Shown: positions 1 through 12,627 of the stretch, in pieces | Position numbering within the stretch: the stretch's first letter is position 1 | Layout: each line of letters starts with the position of its first letter | Source of the DNA: Deltaproteobacteria bacterium | GTDB taxonomy: Bacteria > JAGRBM01 > JAHCIT01 | Direction: 5' to 3' | Assembly: GCA_026129095.1 (NCBI GenBank) | Contig: JAHCIT010000001.1 | Span: 186,245-250,244, forward strand | DNA length: 64,000 nt | Notes under the pieces: model-generated | The model's database searches: none | Told to the model about the DNA's origin: nothing | Seen by the model: only the letters and a program-made list of their open reading frames with translations | Program-made: the position numbers and the translations under genes

Positions 1-5
1 CGGAA

Positions 6-995
6 GTGACTCCGGCCGCTCCCGACAACAGCGGCGGCGCCTGCCATAACTGGGGCGTGATGATGACCCTTGACCCCGGCATGCACACAAGCTGGTCGCA
101 CTTCTACGCCGACACTCATGGCGTCCGCACACGCTACCTGATGGTGTGGAACCGGATCGTCCCCGCTTTCGTCTCCAATCCCGGAGTGATTGGCTACGAC
201 CTGCTAAATGAGCCCTGGGGCTGGGAAGCGGCCGAACTGCTCCCGCTCTATGAAGATGCCGCCGCCATCATCCGCTCAATCGACCCCACGGCCATACTGT
301 TTATCGAGGGCCACGTCACCACCAACGGCGGCCTGCAGACCACGCTTCCCAAGCCCTCGTTCGGAAACTTTGCCTACGCTCCGCACTTCTACGAAGGGCT
401 CGCCCTCGTCAGCAACTACTGGAGCGGCATTACCTGGGCCGCCGACATGGGCTACTCAACCATGAACCAGAAGGCCCAGGAGTGGAACGTCCCGCTGTTC
501 GTGGGCGAGTTTGGCATCGGAGCAAACGCCACGAACGGACTGGCCTATGTCGATCTCAACTACACGAAGCTGGACGATTACTTCGCTTCCGGTGCCTACT
601 GGAACTACACGCCCGGCTGGGATCCGGCACTGAAAGACCGGTGGAATGGCGAAGACCTGTCTATCGTCACCAATACCGGAGCCACCCGTCCTACTTTCCG
701 CCACCGGGCCTATGCCCAGAAGATTCCCGGCACGCCGCAGAAGCTCAAGACAACCTACGGCTCAAATCCCGAGATCGAGATCAAGTGGGCCCACAATCCA
801 TCGCTCGGCCGGATGGAAGCCTTTGTGCCGAAACAGCAGCTCTGGGGAAACGCCCAGCTCAAGATCACCGTGGAGGGAACCTCCACCGGATGCTGGTTCA
901 ACGATGCCAGCACCTTCATGTGCCAGAGCACCACGGCCACCACCAAAACCATCAAGGTGAGAAAGTGCGTGATGTTCCTGGGAGCCTGTTTATAG
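6..995 (+). CDS. GH5 glycoside hydrolase, endoglycoceramidase-like (5' end probably outside the window)
   Basis: YDLLNEP acid/base motif, YAPHFY, VGEFG nucleophile motif, WNGED; frame is open to the window edge. Confidence 0.8.
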   Translation: MTPAAPDNSGGACHNWGVMMTLDPGMHTSWSHFYADTHGVRTRYLMVWNRIVPAFVSNPGVIGYDLLNEPWGWEAAELLPLYEDAAAIIRSIDPTAILFIEGHVTTNGGLQTTLPKPSFGNFAYAPHFYEGLALVSNYWSGITWAADMGYSTMNQKAQEWNVPLFVGEFGIGANATNGLAYVDLNYTKLDDYFASGAYWNYTPGWDPALKDRWNGEDLSIVTNTGATRPTFRHRAYAQKIPGTPQKLKTTYGSNPEIEIKWAHNPSLGRMEAFVPKQQLWGNAQLKITVEGTSTGCWFNDASTFMCQSTTATTKTIKVRKCVMFLGACL

Positions 996-1052
996 GAAAC
1001 AGGACTGCACTGGGCAGTTTGGCGCCAGAAAGGTTACGGGAGAGCCCTGCGG

Positions 1053-2015
1053 TCAGTACTGCCGGACCTGCTTCTGGAGCATGCCCTTCTCGCTGAACCA
1101 GTTGATGGCCTTGAGGAAAAATACCTCAGGCGGACTGGGATCGGGCAGGCGCAGAACGCGGCGATCCCCGTCGCCCCCATTCACCGAACCCGGTTTTGCC
1201 TTGAGGTAACGCTCGGTGAACCAGCTGTAGCGCGGCGGCTTGCCGGAGAACTTCGCCCCCAGTTCGCCGAGGGCCGCGCAGGCTTTGGAAGCAAGAAGCG
1301 GAACAGGACGGCCAGAGACCGGCCGCTTGATGAGAAAGTCGATCATCTGGAAAATGTCCTGTGTCGAGAGGTATTCGGCCGACAGGATATATTCGTGGCC
1401 AGGGAGTCCGCGCTCCAGTGCCAGGACCGTGTGCTCGGCGCAGTCCTCCACGTCGATGACACCGGTTCCGCCACGCGGGTAGCGGGTGAGGTCGCCCTTT
1501 ACATAGTCAATAATTGCCTGTCCCATCGGGGAAGGCTTGGCGTCGCGAGGACCAGCCATCACGGCCGGATGAACTGTTACCACATGCATGCCATGCTTAA
1601 TGTTCTCGAAGGCGATCTCGGCGGCGCGCATCTTGGTACGCGACAGCTCGCCAGGTACCCCCCTTGGCACCGCCAGCGAGCCGACGTAAACGGCCCTTTT
1701 CACCCTGTGCTGCCGGGCGACCTGAAAGACATTGGCCGTACCAACGATATTTGTGAGGCGATGAACCTCAGGATCCGGGTACCAGCGGGCGGTGGTGCCT
1801 GCAGCGTGAAACAGCCAGTCGGCTCCCTCGGTCCCCTTGCGAAGAGCATCAATGGTGGAAAGATCACCCTCAATGACTTCGCACAGGGTTCCCTCCAGCG
1901 TCGAGCGGTCCGAACCCGGACGGACAAGCCCCTTCACCCGTACACCCCGGCGGTTCAGTGCCCTGACCAGAGCTGATCCCAGAAGCCCGTTTGCACCTGT
2001 CACAAAAGCCAGCAT
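1053..2015 (-). CDS. NAD-dependent epimerase/dehydratase (extended SDR, dihydroflavonol reductase/HpnA-like)
   Basis: Start re-called at ATG 2015 (MLAFVTGANGLLG Rossmann motif); TNIVGT, IDVED motifs. Confidence 0.8.
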   Translation of the reverse strand: MLAFVTGANGLLGSALVRALNRRGVRVKGLVRPGSDRSTLEGTLCEVIEGDLSTIDALRKGTEGADWLFHAAGTTARWYPDPEVHRLTNIVGTANVFQVARQHRVKRAVYVGSLAVPRGVPGELSRTKMRAAEIAFENIKHGMHVVTVHPAVMAGPRDAKPSPMGQAIIDYVKGDLTRYPRGGTGVIDVEDCAEHTVLALERGLPGHEYILSAEYLSTQDIFQMIDFLIKRPVSGRPVPLLASKACAALGELGAKFSGKPPRYSWFTERYLKAKPGSVNGGDGDRRVLRLPDPSPPEVFFLKAINWFSEKGMLQKQVRQY

Positions 2016-2247
2016 TTTCGCAAAGTTCCCCGTTTTTTGGGCGTTTCCGGTCCTGCTTCCCCTCTGGAGAGGCCCTGGCACCGGAACGACCCGCTTGTTT
2101 GAACCCCCCGGATACGTCCCGTCAAGAGACGCAAACCGGGAGGGAAAACCCCTCCTTGCGCCGGACTCCGGGGGTTTGCTATCTCCCACCGCGACCGGCG
2201 GTATCCATTGAATTGGGAATATCGCCCCCTCACCAGAGAAGGCATCC

Positions 2248-4530
2248 ATGAGCATCCGTAACCAGGCCCTCGAATATCACTCCTCCGGACGCAAGGGGAA
2301 GATTGAAGTTGTCCCGACCAAGCCCTGCACCACCCAGAGAGATCTTTCCCTCGCCTACACACCGGGAGTGGCGCAGCCCTGCCTTGAAATCGAGGGAAAC
2401 CCGGACCTCGCCTATGAATACACGGCCAAGGGAAATCTGGTAGCCGTGATCTCCAACGGGACCGCCGTGCTGGGTCTCGGCAATATCGGCCCGTTGGCCG
2501 GCAAGCCTGTGATGGAAGGCAAGGGCGTCCTCTTCAAGCGGTTCGCCGACGTGGACGTATTCGATATCGAGATCAAGGCCGACACCGTTGACGAGATGGT
2601 CAAGATCATCAGCGCGCTGGAACCGACCTTTGGCGGCATCAACCTGGAAGATATCAAGGCCCCGGAATGTTTCGAGGTGGAGCGGCAGCTCAGCGAGAAA
2701 ATGAACATTCCGATCTTCCATGACGACCAGCATGGAACCGCGATCATCTCTGCCGCCGCATTCCTGAACGCACTGGAACTGACAGGCCGCGACATCAAGA
2801 ATACCCGCGTCGTCTTCTCGGGAGCCGGAGCCGCCGCCATTGCCACGGCCCGGCTGTACCATTCGCTCGGTCTTCCCAAACAGAACGTGCTTCTGGTGGA
2901 CACCAAGGGCGTGGTTTACCGGGGCCGCACGGATGGAATGAACCCCTACAAGGAGGAGTTCGCCGCCGACACGTCCAAGCGGACGCTCGCCGAGGCGATG
3001 GAGGGAGCCGACGCATTTATCGGCGTGTCAGTGAAGGATCTCGTCACCCAGGACATGGTCAGGGCGATGGCAAAGACTCCAATCGTGTTCGCCATGGCGA
3101 ACCCTGATCCCGAAATCACCTATGAATCCGCCACCGCCGCCCGCAGCGACGTCATCATGGCTACGGGCCGGTCGGACTACCCGAACCAGGTAAACAACGT
3201 GCTGGGTTTCCCGTTCATCTTCCGCGGTGCGCTGGACGTCCGTGCCAAGGCAATCAACGTGGAAATGAAGCTGGCCGCCGTCCGGGCCCTCGCCGAACTG
3301 GCCAAGGAAGACGTACCGGACAGCGTGCTGGCTGCCTACAACGTGAAGCGTCTTTCGTTCGGCAAGGAATATCTCATTCCCAAGCCATTCGATCCGCGTG
3401 TGCTCACCTGGGTTGCTCCGGCGGTGGCGCAGGCAGCCACCGAAACGGGAGTTGCCCGGCTTCCACTGACTGATGTCGACGCCTATCGCGAGCAGCTCGC
3501 CCAGCGCGTGGACCGATCGCGCGTAATCCTGCGGCCGATCTTCAAGAAGGCCAAGTCCGAGCTCCGCAAGATTGTTTTCCCCGAGGGCGACCATCCTTCC
3601 ATTCTCCGCGCCGCTGCCGCACTGGTCGAGGACAAGTTCTGCCGTCCGGTTCTCCTTGGACCGGAGAAGCTGATCGAGGCCGGCCTGGAACGGTACGAAG
3701 TCGATCCGGCGCAGGTGGACATCATCAACCCCGTGGTAAGCGAGGCCCACAACGCCTACACGAAGGAACTGTGGGAACTGCGCCAGCGGCGGGGCATGAC
3801 CGAAGTGGAAGCAAGCCGCTGGGTGCGCCGCCGTCTTGTCTATGGCGCATTGATGGTGCGGACAGGCGATGCACATGGCATGGTGGCCGGTGTCACCCGG
3901 AACTACCCGGAAGTGATCGAAACGGCTATTGATCTCGTCGGGATCCGTGAACCGCACACCCTTACCGCAGGCGTCTACATGATGGTCCACAAGGGCCAGT
4001 CGATGCTGTTCTCCGACGCGCTGGTCAACATGGACCCGACACCCGAGCAGCTTGCCGAGATTACAGAGATCACGGTTAGCGTTGCGCCGATGCTGGGCAT
4101 CGACCCGCCGCGCGTGGCAATGCTCTCGTTCTCGAACTTTGGCTCTGTCAACAATGCCATGAGCCAGAAGATGCAGCGGGCGGTTGAACTGGTGCGGGCC
4201 CGGTGCCCCAGCCTGATCGTGGACGGCGAACTCCAGCCCGACGTGGCACTCACGGCCGAAACGCTGCATGAATACTTCCCGTTCTCACGGCTCAAGGAAC
4301 CGGCCAATGTTCTGATCTTCCCGTCGCTTTCGGCCGCGAACATTGCCTACAAGCTGGTGCACAAACTGGGTGCGGCCGATTCCATCGGTCCGATCCTGGT
4401 GGGCCTGAACCGTCCGGTGAACTGGATTCCGCGCATTGCTTCCCCAGAAGAGATCGTCAAGACGACGGCGATCACGGTCAATCAGAGCCACGAGGCAGAG
4501 CAGTTCCACCGCCGCCGCAAGGCGGTGTGA
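2248..4530 (+). CDS. maeB: NADP-dependent malic enzyme fused to a phosphotransacetylase-like domain
   Basis: [42 protein letters not shown]-terminal PTA-like domain; 760 aa. Confidence 0.95.
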   Translation: MSIRNQALEYHSSGRKGKIEVVPTKPCTTQRDLSLAYTPGVAQPCLEIEGNPDLAYEYTAKGNLVAVISNGTAVLGLGNIGPLAGKPVMEGKGVLFKRFADVDVFDIEIKADTVDEMVKIISALEPTFGGINLEDIKAPECFEVERQLSEKMNIPIFHDDQHGTAIISAAAFLNALELTGRDIKNTRVVFSGAGAAAIATARLYHSLGLPKQNVLLVDTKGVVYRGRTDGMNPYKEEFAADTSKRTLAEAMEGADAFIGVSVKDLVTQDMVRAMAKTPIVFAMANPDPEITYESATAARSDVIMATGRSDYPNQVNNVLGFPFIFRGALDVRAKAINVEMKLAAVRALAELAKEDVPDSVLAAYNVKRLSFGKEYLIPKPFDPRVLTWVAPAVAQAATETGVARLPLTDVDAYREQLAQRVDRSRVILRPIFKKAKSELRKIVFPEGDHPSILRAAAALVEDKFCRPVLLGPEKLIEAGLERYEVDPAQVDIINPVVSEAHNAYTKELWELRQRRGMTEVEASRWVRRRLVYGALMVRTGDAHGMVAGVTRNYPEVIETAIDLVGIREPHTLTAGVYMMVHKGQSMLFSDALVNMDPTPEQLAEITEITVSVAPMLGIDPPRVAMLSFSNFGSVNNAMSQKMQRAVELVRARCPSLIVDGELQPDVALTAETLHEYFPFSRLKEPANVLIFPSLSAANIAYKLVHKLGAADSIGPILVGLNRPVNWIPRIASPEEIVKTTAITVNQSHEAEQFHRRRKAV

Positions 4531-4536
4531 GCCATC

Positions 4537-5277
4537 ATGCACCGGTCATTGAAACTGGTTACTGCCGCCGCACTGCTGCTGGCGGTGCTGGTGATTCCGC
4601 TCCATGCCGAGGAGATCCAGATCCGTACAACCGACGGGGTGCTTTTGCGCGGCACCTGGCGGGCCGCCGAAGGCGGCGGTGAACGTACGGCGCTTCTGCT
4701 GCACATGCTGGGCAGGACACGTGCGGATTTTGAACCGCTCGCGGCAGAGCTGCTGGCGCAGGGAATATCGTCGTTTGCCATCGACTTCCGGGGACACGGT
4801 GAATCGGTCAAGCAGGCGGGATCAGAAGCAGTCCTTAACTACCGGGAGTTTGATCACCTCACATGGCCCGGCATCCTCAAGGATGTCGCACCCGCAATCC
4901 AGTTCATCGAATCGAAGGGGGTCACGCGCAGCAGCATCACCTTTGTAGGCGGTTCGATCGGAGCCAACGCGGCAGTGATTGCCGCATCCGGTGACCGGCA
5001 GGTCCGGGCGGCGGTTTTGCTCTCGCCGGGCATGGATTACCGCGGCCTTAGGATCGGTGACGCACTGGATGGCTGGGGCAACCGCCCCCTGCTGGTGCTG
5101 GCCACAAGTGGCGACACCTACAGCCTGTCGACCGCCCAGAAAATCCGCGACCGGTTCGCCGGACAGAACCGGGTGAAAGTGGAAATCTATCCCGGCCAGA
5201 CGGCCCACGGAACCGAACTGTTCACCGGCGTGCCGGGCGCAACAAAAAAGATCGCCGACTGGATAGTTGCCAACTAG
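4537..5277 (+). CDS. secreted alpha/beta hydrolase
   Basis: Signal peptide; DFRGHGES; GGSIG nucleophile elbow; AHGT. Confidence 0.8.
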   Translation: MHRSLKLVTAAALLLAVLVIPLHAEEIQIRTTDGVLLRGTWRAAEGGGERTALLLHMLGRTRADFEPLAAELLAQGISSFAIDFRGHGESVKQAGSEAVLNYREFDHLTWPGILKDVAPAIQFIESKGVTRSSITFVGGSIGANAAVIAASGDRQVRAAVLLSPGMDYRGLRIGDALDGWGNRPLLVLATSGDTYSLSTAQKIRDRFAGQNRVKVEIYPGQTAHGTELFTGVPGATKKIADWIVAN

Positions 5278-5483
5278 CTGAACTGGCATCGCCCCGCCAC
5301 ATGGCTGAAAGTTACCGGTAACAGTAACTTGTTGAATTTATTTGGTTTTCCCGTGTGGCTGATGCGAAATGACAACACTCCGCCTGCCCCCTGAGGCTGT
5401 GCAGAAAGTGGACGCGGGGCTTCCGGCACGGTAGAAAGAGCCCGGCAGCTGTCCGCCGGATGGCAGTGCCGAAAAACTCCGAG

Positions 5484-6392
5484 ATGAAACCCTACCAGCT
5501 TACCCACTTAAAGCAGCTCGAAGCCGAGAGCATACATATCATCCGCGAGGTTGCCGCCGAGTTCGACAACCCGGTGATGCTGTATTCGATTGGCAAGGAT
5601 TCATCGGTGATGCTGCATCTGGCGCTGAAGGCGTTTCATCCGGGCAAACTCCCGTTTCCGCTGCTGCATGTCGATACCCGGTGGAAATTCCGAGACATGA
5701 TCAGGTTCCGGGACGAGACGGCCAAACGGCTGGGACTCGATCTGCGTGTCCACATCAACCCCGAAGGAGTCGCCCAGAACATCAATCCGTTCGACCACGG
5801 CAGCCAGAAGCATACCCAGATCATGAAAACCGAGTCGCTGCTTCAGGCACTGAACGCCGGCGGATACAACGCGGCCTTCGGCGGTGCGCGCCGCGACGAG
5901 GAGAAATCCCGCGCCAAGGAGCGGGTCTATTCGTTTCGTGACCGGTTTCACCGGTGGGATCCCAAAAACCAGCGGCCGGAGCTGTGGAAACTTTACAACG
6001 GGAAGGTGAACAAGGGGGAGAGCATCCGCGTCTTCCCGCTTTCCAACTGGACCGAGCTGGACGTTTGGCAGTACGTGTACCTGGAAAATATACCGATCGT
6101 GCCGCTCTATTTTGCCGCCATGCGGCCGGTGGTCGAGCGCGAAGGCAACCTCATCATGGTGGATGATGACCGGTTCCGGTTCCTGCCGGGAGAAAAGCCG
6201 GTCATGAAGAAAGTCAGGTTCCGTACGTTGGGCTGCTATCCTCTCTCCGGTGCCATCGAGTCAGAGGCCGACACCCTGCCTGCCATCATCCAGGAAATGC
6301 TGCTGGCCAAGCAGTCCGAACGCCAGGGACGCATGATTGACTACGACGAGCAGGGCTCGATGGAGCAGAAGAAACGGGAGGGATATTTCTGA
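5484..6392 (+). CDS. cysD: sulfate adenylyltransferase subunit 2
   Basis: [29 protein letters not shown], terminal KKREGYF; ATG 5484 preferred as start. Confidence 0.95.
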   Translation: MKPYQLTHLKQLEAESIHIIREVAAEFDNPVMLYSIGKDSSVMLHLALKAFHPGKLPFPLLHVDTRWKFRDMIRFRDETAKRLGLDLRVHINPEGVAQNINPFDHGSQKHTQIMKTESLLQALNAGGYNAAFGGARRDEEKSRAKERVYSFRDRFHRWDPKNQRPELWKLYNGKVNKGESIRVFPLSNWTELDVWQYVYLENIPIVPLYFAAMRPVVEREGNLIMVDDDRFRFLPGEKPVMKKVRFRTLGCYPLSGAIESEADTLPAIIQEMLLAKQSERQGRMIDYDEQGSMEQKKREGYF

Positions 6393-8326
6393 TGTCCCAC
6401 CAGTCAGAGCTCATCGAAAAGGACATTGAGGCGTATCTGGCCGAGCATGAGCGCAAGGAGCTCCTGCGCTTCCTCACCTGCGGGTCGGTGGATGACGGCA
6501 AGAGCACGCTGATCGGCCGCCTGCTTCACGACACACGGATGATCTACGAGGATCAGCTCCAGGCCATTCACCGGGATTCCCAGAAGGGCGGTTCAGCGGG
6601 CGGCGAACTGGACCTCTCGCTTCTGGTGGATGGGCTCAAGGCCGAGCGCGAACAGGGAATTACCATTGACGTCGCCTACCGGTATTTTTCCACCGCGAAA
6701 CGCAAGTTCATCATTGCCGATACTCCGGGACACGAGCAGTACACCCGGAATATGGTGACGGGTGCCTCCACCTGCGATCTTGCCATCATCCTGATCGATG
6801 CCCGCAACGGCATCGCCACGCAGACGCTCCGGCACAGTTTCATCGCCGCGCTGCTGGGAATCCGCCACATCGCCGTCGCTATCAACAAGATGGATGCAGT
6901 GGAATATTCCCGAGAGATATTCGACAGAATCCGGGCGAACTATCTGGCCTTTTCCGGCAAACTGGGGATGAAGGACATCGCATTCCTTCCGCTGTCGGCA
7001 CTCAAGGGCGATAACGTGGTCGAGCGGAGCCGGAATACTCCCTGGTACGACGGACCGGTGCTGATGGAGTATCTTGAAACGGTACCGGTTTCAGACAGTA
7101 CCGACCTGAAGAACCTGCGCTTCCCGGTTCAGTATGTGATTCGTCCGAACCTCGACTTCCGCGGATTCGCGGGAACAATTGCGTCGGGTATCGTGAAGCC
7201 GGGTGACGACATCGTCGCCCTGCCTTCACGAAAGACCTCGCGGATCCGGGCGATCACGACCTATGACGGACCGCTTTCCGAGGCATTTGCAGGCCAGGCA
7301 CCGGTCATCACTCTGGAGACGGAAATCGACGTGAGCCGTGGCGACATGCTCGCCCACCCCACAAGTATTCCGCATGCCGGACATGACGTCGATGCGATGC
7401 TCGTCTGGATGGCAGACGAACCGATGGTCCCCGGACGCCAGTATGCAGCCAAGCATACGACCCGGATTACCAATGCCATCATCAATACGCTCCATTACCG
7501 TGTAGATGTGAACACGATGGAACGGCAGCAGGGCTCCACCCTCTCGCTGAACGAGATTGGCCGGTGCGGCGTCACCTTCAGCGATCCCATTGCCTGGGAT
7601 CCCTACGCAAAGAACCGCACAACTGGCGCCTTCATCATCATTGACCGGCTGACCAACGTTACCGTGGGGGCCGGAATGATCCTGGACCCGGAGATCGGCG
7701 ATCCGTATTCGGGGGGCGCACGGCTCGACACTGGTCCCGACCGGGCACGGAGCGGCATCGTACCCGTGACGTCCGAAGAGCGGGCGGCCCGTTTCGGCCA
7801 GCAGCCGGTGACGGTCCTGCTTACCGGCTATGCCGGCTCGGGAAAGCGCAGCATCGCCAAAGCGCTCGAGCGGCGTCTGTTCGATATGGGCCGTGCCGTG
7901 CTGGCGATAGACGGCGACGGAAACTACTCAAACCTGGATCAGTCGCTGGCAGATTCAGCGAAGCTGGCCGCGGGACTCGGCCAGGCGGGGTTCATCACGC
8001 TGCTGGTGGCACTGGCACCCACCCGTGCCGGCCGTGAAAGCGCCAGAAGGATTGCCGGCGGCAACTTTATCGAGATATTCGTCTCAGCACCACTCGACAT
8101 CTGCCGCAACCGCGATCAGCAGGGGCTGTACGTGAAGGCGCAGGTGGGTGATCTGAAAAACTTCCCCGGCGTCACCGGCACCTATGAGGAACCCTCTGCT
8201 CCCGATCTCACCATACCGACCTATGAACTGTCCGTAGACCAGTGCGTGACCCGTATTCTGGACTTGCTTCGGGAGCGCAGGCTCCTTGAGGCCAAGCCGG
8301 TCACAGCTGGCGGATTCGATATCTGA
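6392..8326 (+). CDS. cysNC: sulfate adenylyltransferase subunit 1 fused to an APS kinase-like domain
   Basis: [28 protein letters not shown] GTPase motifs; C-terminal P-loop GYAGSGK; translationally coupled to cysD. Confidence 0.92.
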   Translation: MSHQSELIEKDIEAYLAEHERKELLRFLTCGSVDDGKSTLIGRLLHDTRMIYEDQLQAIHRDSQKGGSAGGELDLSLLVDGLKAEREQGITIDVAYRYFSTAKRKFIIADTPGHEQYTRNMVTGASTCDLAIILIDARNGIATQTLRHSFIAALLGIRHIAVAINKMDAVEYSREIFDRIRANYLAFSGKLGMKDIAFLPLSALKGDNVVERSRNTPWYDGPVLMEYLETVPVSDSTDLKNLRFPVQYVIRPNLDFRGFAGTIASGIVKPGDDIVALPSRKTSRIRAITTYDGPLSEAFAGQAPVITLETEIDVSRGDMLAHPTSIPHAGHDVDAMLVWMADEPMVPGRQYAAKHTTRITNAIINTLHYRVDVNTMERQQGSTLSLNEIGRCGVTFSDPIAWDPYAKNRTTGAFIIIDRLTNVTVGAGMILDPEIGDPYSGGARLDTGPDRARSGIVPVTSEERAARFGQQPVTVLLTGYAGSGKRSIAKALERRLFDMGRAVLAIDGDGNYSNLDQSLADSAKLAAGLGQAGFITLLVALAPTRAGRESARRIAGGNFIEIFVSAPLDICRNRDQQGLYVKAQVGDLKNFPGVTGTYEEPSAPDLTIPTYELSVDQCVTRILDLLRERRLLEAKPVTAGGFDI

Positions 8327-8468
8327 GACTGAAACCCGTTGCCTGGCTATCGGCAGCGGAACCATGCGCGCCCTTCAGTCTCGTTTGTTCCTGCAGATGA
8401 CCCATACATCACGTGCCGCGACCTCCTGCCATCAGAAGGAGCGGTCGCTATGAGATCCATCATATGGA

Positions 8469-9194
8469 TTGCTGTGCAGAGGGGATAATGGAGTAATCAG
8501 GGTTAGAAGGACTGTGAAACGGCCAGCAGAACCTTGGGTGCTCTTTGCTGATACGGCTGACGGCGTCTGGGCCAGCGGTGCAACGGGTCGAATTCTGTTC
8601 TGGAACCCGGCAGCGGAGCGTATCCTGGGATACTCCGCCCAGGAAACCATCGGCCGGCCATGCCGGGATATTTTCTGCGGACGTGACTATAACGGCAACA
8701 GGCTTTGCGGCTGGCCGTGCCCCATCAAGATGCAACTCGGCGAGGGAGAACCAGTTCAGCACTTCGACATGCTGACCCATACCAATACCGGAGAACCTGT
8801 CTGGCTTGATGTCAGCAGTCTCTCCCTCCCTCGAAAAGGGGGGCGGCCCACTGCAACTGTCCACTTTTTCCGGGACACCACGGTGGCTCACCAGATTGAC
8901 GGGCTTGTTCGCAACGAACTGGTCCGCTCAAAGCTGTCGACCTCCGTGGTAATCCCGGCGCTGATCAGCAAGCTGACATCAAGGGAACTGCAGGTTCTTG
9001 AACTTCTGCGGGCCGGTGCAACAACAGGCGATATCTCCAGACAGTTCTCCATCAGCAGGGCTACGGCGAGAAACCACATCCAGAATATTTTCAGAAAACT
9101 CCGGGTCCATTCACGTATCGAGGCCGTTGCCTACGCCAACCGGCTCACCCGGCAAGAGCCCATCGCCGAGGTTCAGCCCTACGCATTGCAGTAA
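8469..9194 (+). CDS. PAS domain + LuxR-type HTH transcriptional regulator (start uncertain)
   Basis: WNPAAERILGY PAS motif; LTSRELQVLELL...HIQNIFRKL LuxR HTH. Confidence 0.85.
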   Translation: MLCRGDNGVIRVRRTVKRPAEPWVLFADTADGVWASGATGRILFWNPAAERILGYSAQETIGRPCRDIFCGRDYNGNRLCGWPCPIKMQLGEGEPVQHFDMLTHTNTGEPVWLDVSSLSLPRKGGRPTATVHFFRDTTVAHQIDGLVRNELVRSKLSTSVVIPALISKLTSRELQVLELLRAGATTGDISRQFSISRATARNHIQNIFRKLRVHSRIEAVAYANRLTRQEPIAEVQPYALQ

Positions 9195-9369
9195 TCCGGT
9201 CTCAGGCCCGAAGTCGACGTCGATGAGGGTGAATGGACGGTCTACAATGGGAGATGGGCTGCCCAGGAAGACCGGTCCTACGAACGATAGAATAGCCGCC
9301 TCAATACGGGCACCGTTCCATCAAACGAGATACTGACTGTCCTTCGCCAGTTTTGGTCTGCCCTCTACG

Positions 9370-11139
9370 CTAGCTCTGTTCTTCAAGCGTTGAGATGTCC
9401 CCTGGCGGAAGGCCCAGTTCCTGCGCTTTCAGGAGCCGCCGCATGATCTTGCCACTCCGGGTCTTGGGCAACCAGTCGCGGATCTCAATTTCGCGGGGAG
9501 CAACGGCCGGGCCGAGCCGCTTGCGGGCAAAGGCCATCAGATCGCGCTTCAGATTGTCGTTCGCAATAATTCCCTTCTTCAGCGTCACGAATGCCTTGAT
9601 GACCTCCATCGCCACGGGATCGGGTTTACCGATGACACCTGCCTCTGCGACCGAGGGATGCTGCATCAGGGTACTTTCAACCTCGAACGGGCCGATGAGA
9701 TGGCCCGCTGTTTTGATGACGTCGTCGGCCCGGCCCACGAACCAGTAGTATCCATCGGCATCGCGTAATGCGAGGTCTCCCGACAGGTACCATCCGTCGG
9801 CAAAACTCTTCCGGTAACGCTCCTCGTTATTCCAGTAACCCCGGAACATGGACGGCCAGCCAGGACGCAGCGCCAGTTCGCCCTGGACGCCGGGTTCGGT
9901 GATAATTTTGAGGCTGCCGTCTTCCTGCTTTGCGATCAGAGCCGCCTCGATGCCGGGTAACGGTCGGCCCATTGAGCCCGGGCGGATATCCATGCAGGCA
10001 TAGTTCGCCACCATGATCCCCCCGGTCTCGGTCTGCCACCAGTTGTCATGGAAAGGCTTTCCAAGCACTCGCTCGCTCCAGACTACAGCCTCCGGATTGA
10101 GCGGCTCACCCACACTTCCCATAAACCGGACCCTGGATAGGTCATATTTTTTCACCGGCTCTTCGCCAGCCTTCATCAGCATCCGGATAGCCGTGGGAGC
10201 CGTATACCAGACGGTGACTTTTTGCTCCTGAAGAATGCCGTACCACCGGTCCACGGCGAAATCGGCTTCGTCGACAATGTTCGTCACACCGAGCGTAAGC
10301 GGCGCGATGATACCGTAAGAAGTGCCGGTCACCCAGCCAGGATCGGCCGTGCACCAGAATACATCGTCTGGATGGAGGTCCAGTGCAAACTTGCCCGTAA
10401 GCTGGTGGACCACAACCGCCTGATGGACATGGATAGCACCTTTCGGCGTACCGGTGGTGCCGCTCGTAAAATGGAGAATGGCGGGCATCTCAGGATCGGT
10501 CGGACCAATCTCGTAGGAATCCGAAGCGCCGGACATAAGAGTGGCGAAGTCGAGACAACCCGGCTCGCTGACCGCACCCCCTTCATCACTCACGAGAATC
10601 ACATGCCGGAGCGCCGGAAGCTTTTCCCGAATCTGGGCGACTTTCTTCCGGTACAGGCTCTCGCTGGTGATCAGAACAGTCGCCCCGCTGATCGACACCC
10701 GGGTCTGAATTGGTTCCGGGCCGAAAGCCGAGAACATGGGGCAGAAAACGGCCCGGTGCTTCAGGATGCCTATGGCTGAAATATACAGTTCCGGGACGCG
10801 GCCCATCAGCACGCAAATCCGCTCTCCTGCCGCAACTCCAAGCGATGCCAAGACATTAGCGAAACGGTTCGACAGTGAGGACAGTTCGGCATAGGTGATA
10901 TCACGATTCGTCCCGTGCTTCCCCAGCCAGCGGATCGCTGTGTGCCCGGCATTGGAACCGGTCGCATGCCGGTCGGCCGCTTCATATGCGATGTTGAGCC
11001 CCCCCCCTCCAGGCAGGCCAGTAACCAGCTTCTTTGCTTCGTCCCATGTGAAGGTCCGTCGGGTGCCATCGTAGTCTTTCAGATTGGCACCGGATCGGTC
11101 GCTTTCGGTCTTCCGGATTGGCTGGTAACCCTCAAGCAT
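9370..11139 (-). CDS. acsA: acetate--CoA ligase
   Basis: [37 protein letters not shown]; start ATG 11139 after GAGG. Confidence 0.92.
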   Translation of the reverse strand: MLEGYQPIRKTESDRSGANLKDYDGTRRTFTWDEAKKLVTGLPGGGGLNIAYEAADRHATGSNAGHTAIRWLGKHGTNRDITYAELSSLSNRFANVLASLGVAAGERICVLMGRVPELYISAIGILKHRAVFCPMFSAFGPEPIQTRVSISGATVLITSESLYRKKVAQIREKLPALRHVILVSDEGGAVSEPGCLDFATLMSGASDSYEIGPTDPEMPAILHFTSGTTGTPKGAIHVHQAVVVHQLTGKFALDLHPDDVFWCTADPGWVTGTSYGIIAPLTLGVTNIVDEADFAVDRWYGILQEQKVTVWYTAPTAIRMLMKAGEEPVKKYDLSRVRFMGSVGEPLNPEAVVWSERVLGKPFHDNWWQTETGGIMVANYACMDIRPGSMGRPLPGIEAALIAKQEDGSLKIITEPGVQGELALRPGWPSMFRGYWNNEERYRKSFADGWYLSGDLALRDADGYYWFVGRADDVIKTAGHLIGPFEVESTLMQHPSVAEAGVIGKPDPVAMEVIKAFVTLKKGIIANDNLKRDLMAFARKRLGPAVAPREIEIRDWLPKTRSGKIMRRLLKAQELGLPPGDISTLEEQS

Positions 11140-11152
11140 ACCCGCACCTCTG

Positions 11153-11398
11153 CTAGCCGGCCCGCTTTGCCAGATAGACAATGCAGTTGTTGACGGTCAG
11201 GATCTTTTCATAATCAGCTTCGGGAACTTCCACGCCCAGCGCCTCCTTGAGCGCCACGACAAAATTGAGGAAATCCATCGAATCGATATCCAGTTCTTCC
11301 CGCATGTCACGATCCGGTCTGAGTGAACCCAGATCGGCATCAGGAGCGATATCGCCCAGGGCTTTCATGATAGCTTTCTGGATATCCTCATTCTTCAT
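11153..11398 (-). CDS. acyl carrier protein
   Basis: LDIDSMDF phosphopantetheine-attachment motif; 81 aa, acidic. Confidence 0.88.
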   Translation of the reverse strand: MKNEDIQKAIMKALGDIAPDADLGSLRPDRDMREELDIDSMDFLNFVVALKEALGVEVPEADYEKILTVNNCIVYLAKRAG

Positions 11399-12627
11399 CT
11401 CAGCTTCTCCGGTTCCTGAAGTATCCGATCAATGGCAACCAGAAGCCGGGCGCCCTGGTGTCCGTCAGTTACCCGGTGATCGCCCGAAAGGGTCGCAGTA
11501 ATCACCCGGCGTAAAGCTGTTTTTCCGTCTCTCACCCAAGGCCGTTCCATGGGTGCTCCAAACCCGACGATCGCCACTTGCGGCGGGTAAATGACACCAA
11601 ACAGCGAATCCACTCCCTGATCGCCCAGGCTGGTGACGGTAATGGTGGGATCGGTCATTTCCGAACTTTTCAGCTTGCCGGCCCGGCCCCGTTTCACAAG
11701 ATCACGGAACCGCTGCATCAGTTCGGCAAGATCAGCCTTGTCGGTGTCGTGCAGTGCCGGAGCGATAAGTCCGCCTCCGCGCAGGGAAATTGCCGCTCCC
11801 ACATGGATATTTTCTTTCTGAACAGAACGGCCGTCCTCCCAAAGCGCATTGAGTTCCGGAACTTCACGCAGGGCGAGAGCCGTAGCCTTGAGCAGCAGGA
11901 CAGCATGGATCATCCGTTTTTCCACCGGTAGCTTCCCGTTTTCCGACGTGACCCAGTCGAGAGCAGTAGTGAAATCAATGGCTTGCGAAAGATAATAGTG
12001 CGGAATCTCCCGCTTCGACCGGCTCATGGATGCCGCAATGGCCCGCCGCATCCGGACATGTGGCGTATCGGCTTCAATGGCTGGGATAACTGCGGAGCCG
12101 GTTCCGGACTGCTTGCTGGAAGCTGCTGCCGCGACATCACGGGCTGAAATGGCGCCGCCGGGGCCTGTTCCAGCCATGCCCTTGAGGCTTAGGCCGAGTT
12201 CTGCTGCGAGCCTTGCAGCATAGGGAGATATCCGTAACCGCGACTCTGCCGCGGTGATCTGCGGGCGGTAAGCAGTGGGCGCGGGTGCTGTCGGAGATAT
12301 TGCTGGAGCTTTTACTGGAGCTGCGGGGGTAGGTTTTTCCGTAAGCATGGCCGCTGGTGCCGGCGGAACCGGAAGAGAGGACTCTTTTTCGGCAGCGGTG
12401 CGAATCAGGGCAAGGACCGTCCCGACCGGAACCTTCTGTCCGGGTTCGACAAGAAATCGCTCGATCACTCCATTAATATGGCATTCGACATCCACGGCTG
12501 CCTTGTCGGTTTCCACTTCGGCAATGATCTCACCCCGACGAATCGCGTCGCCTGGCTTTTTCCGCCAGGCAACAAGTTTCCCCTCGCCCATGTCGGCGCC
12601 AAGGCTCGGCATGACAAACTCAGCCAT
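11395..12627 (-). CDS. pdhC: dihydrolipoamide acyltransferase E2 of a 2-oxoacid dehydrogenase
   Basis: Lipoyl domain EVETDKA, E3-binding GTGPGG, catalytic DHRVTDG. Confidence 0.88.
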   Translation of the reverse strand: MAEFVMPSLGADMGEGKLVAWRKKPGDAIRRGEIIAEVETDKAAVDVECHINGVIERFLVEPGQKVPVGTVLALIRTAAEKESSLPVPPAPAAMLTEKPTPAAPVKAPAISPTAPAPTAYRPQITAAESRLRISPYAARLAAELGLSLKGMAGTGPGGAISARDVAAAASSKQSGTGSAVIPAIEADTPHVRMRRAIAASMSRSKREIPHYYLSQAIDFTTALDWVTSENGKLPVEKRMIHAVLLLKATALALREVPELNALWEDGRSVQKENIHVGAAISLRGGGLIAPALHDTDKADLAELMQRFRDLVKRGRAGKLKSSEMTDPTITVTSLGDQGVDSLFGVIYPPQVAIVGFGAPMERPWVRDGKTALRRVITATLSGDHRVTDGHQGARLLVAIDRILQEPEKLR

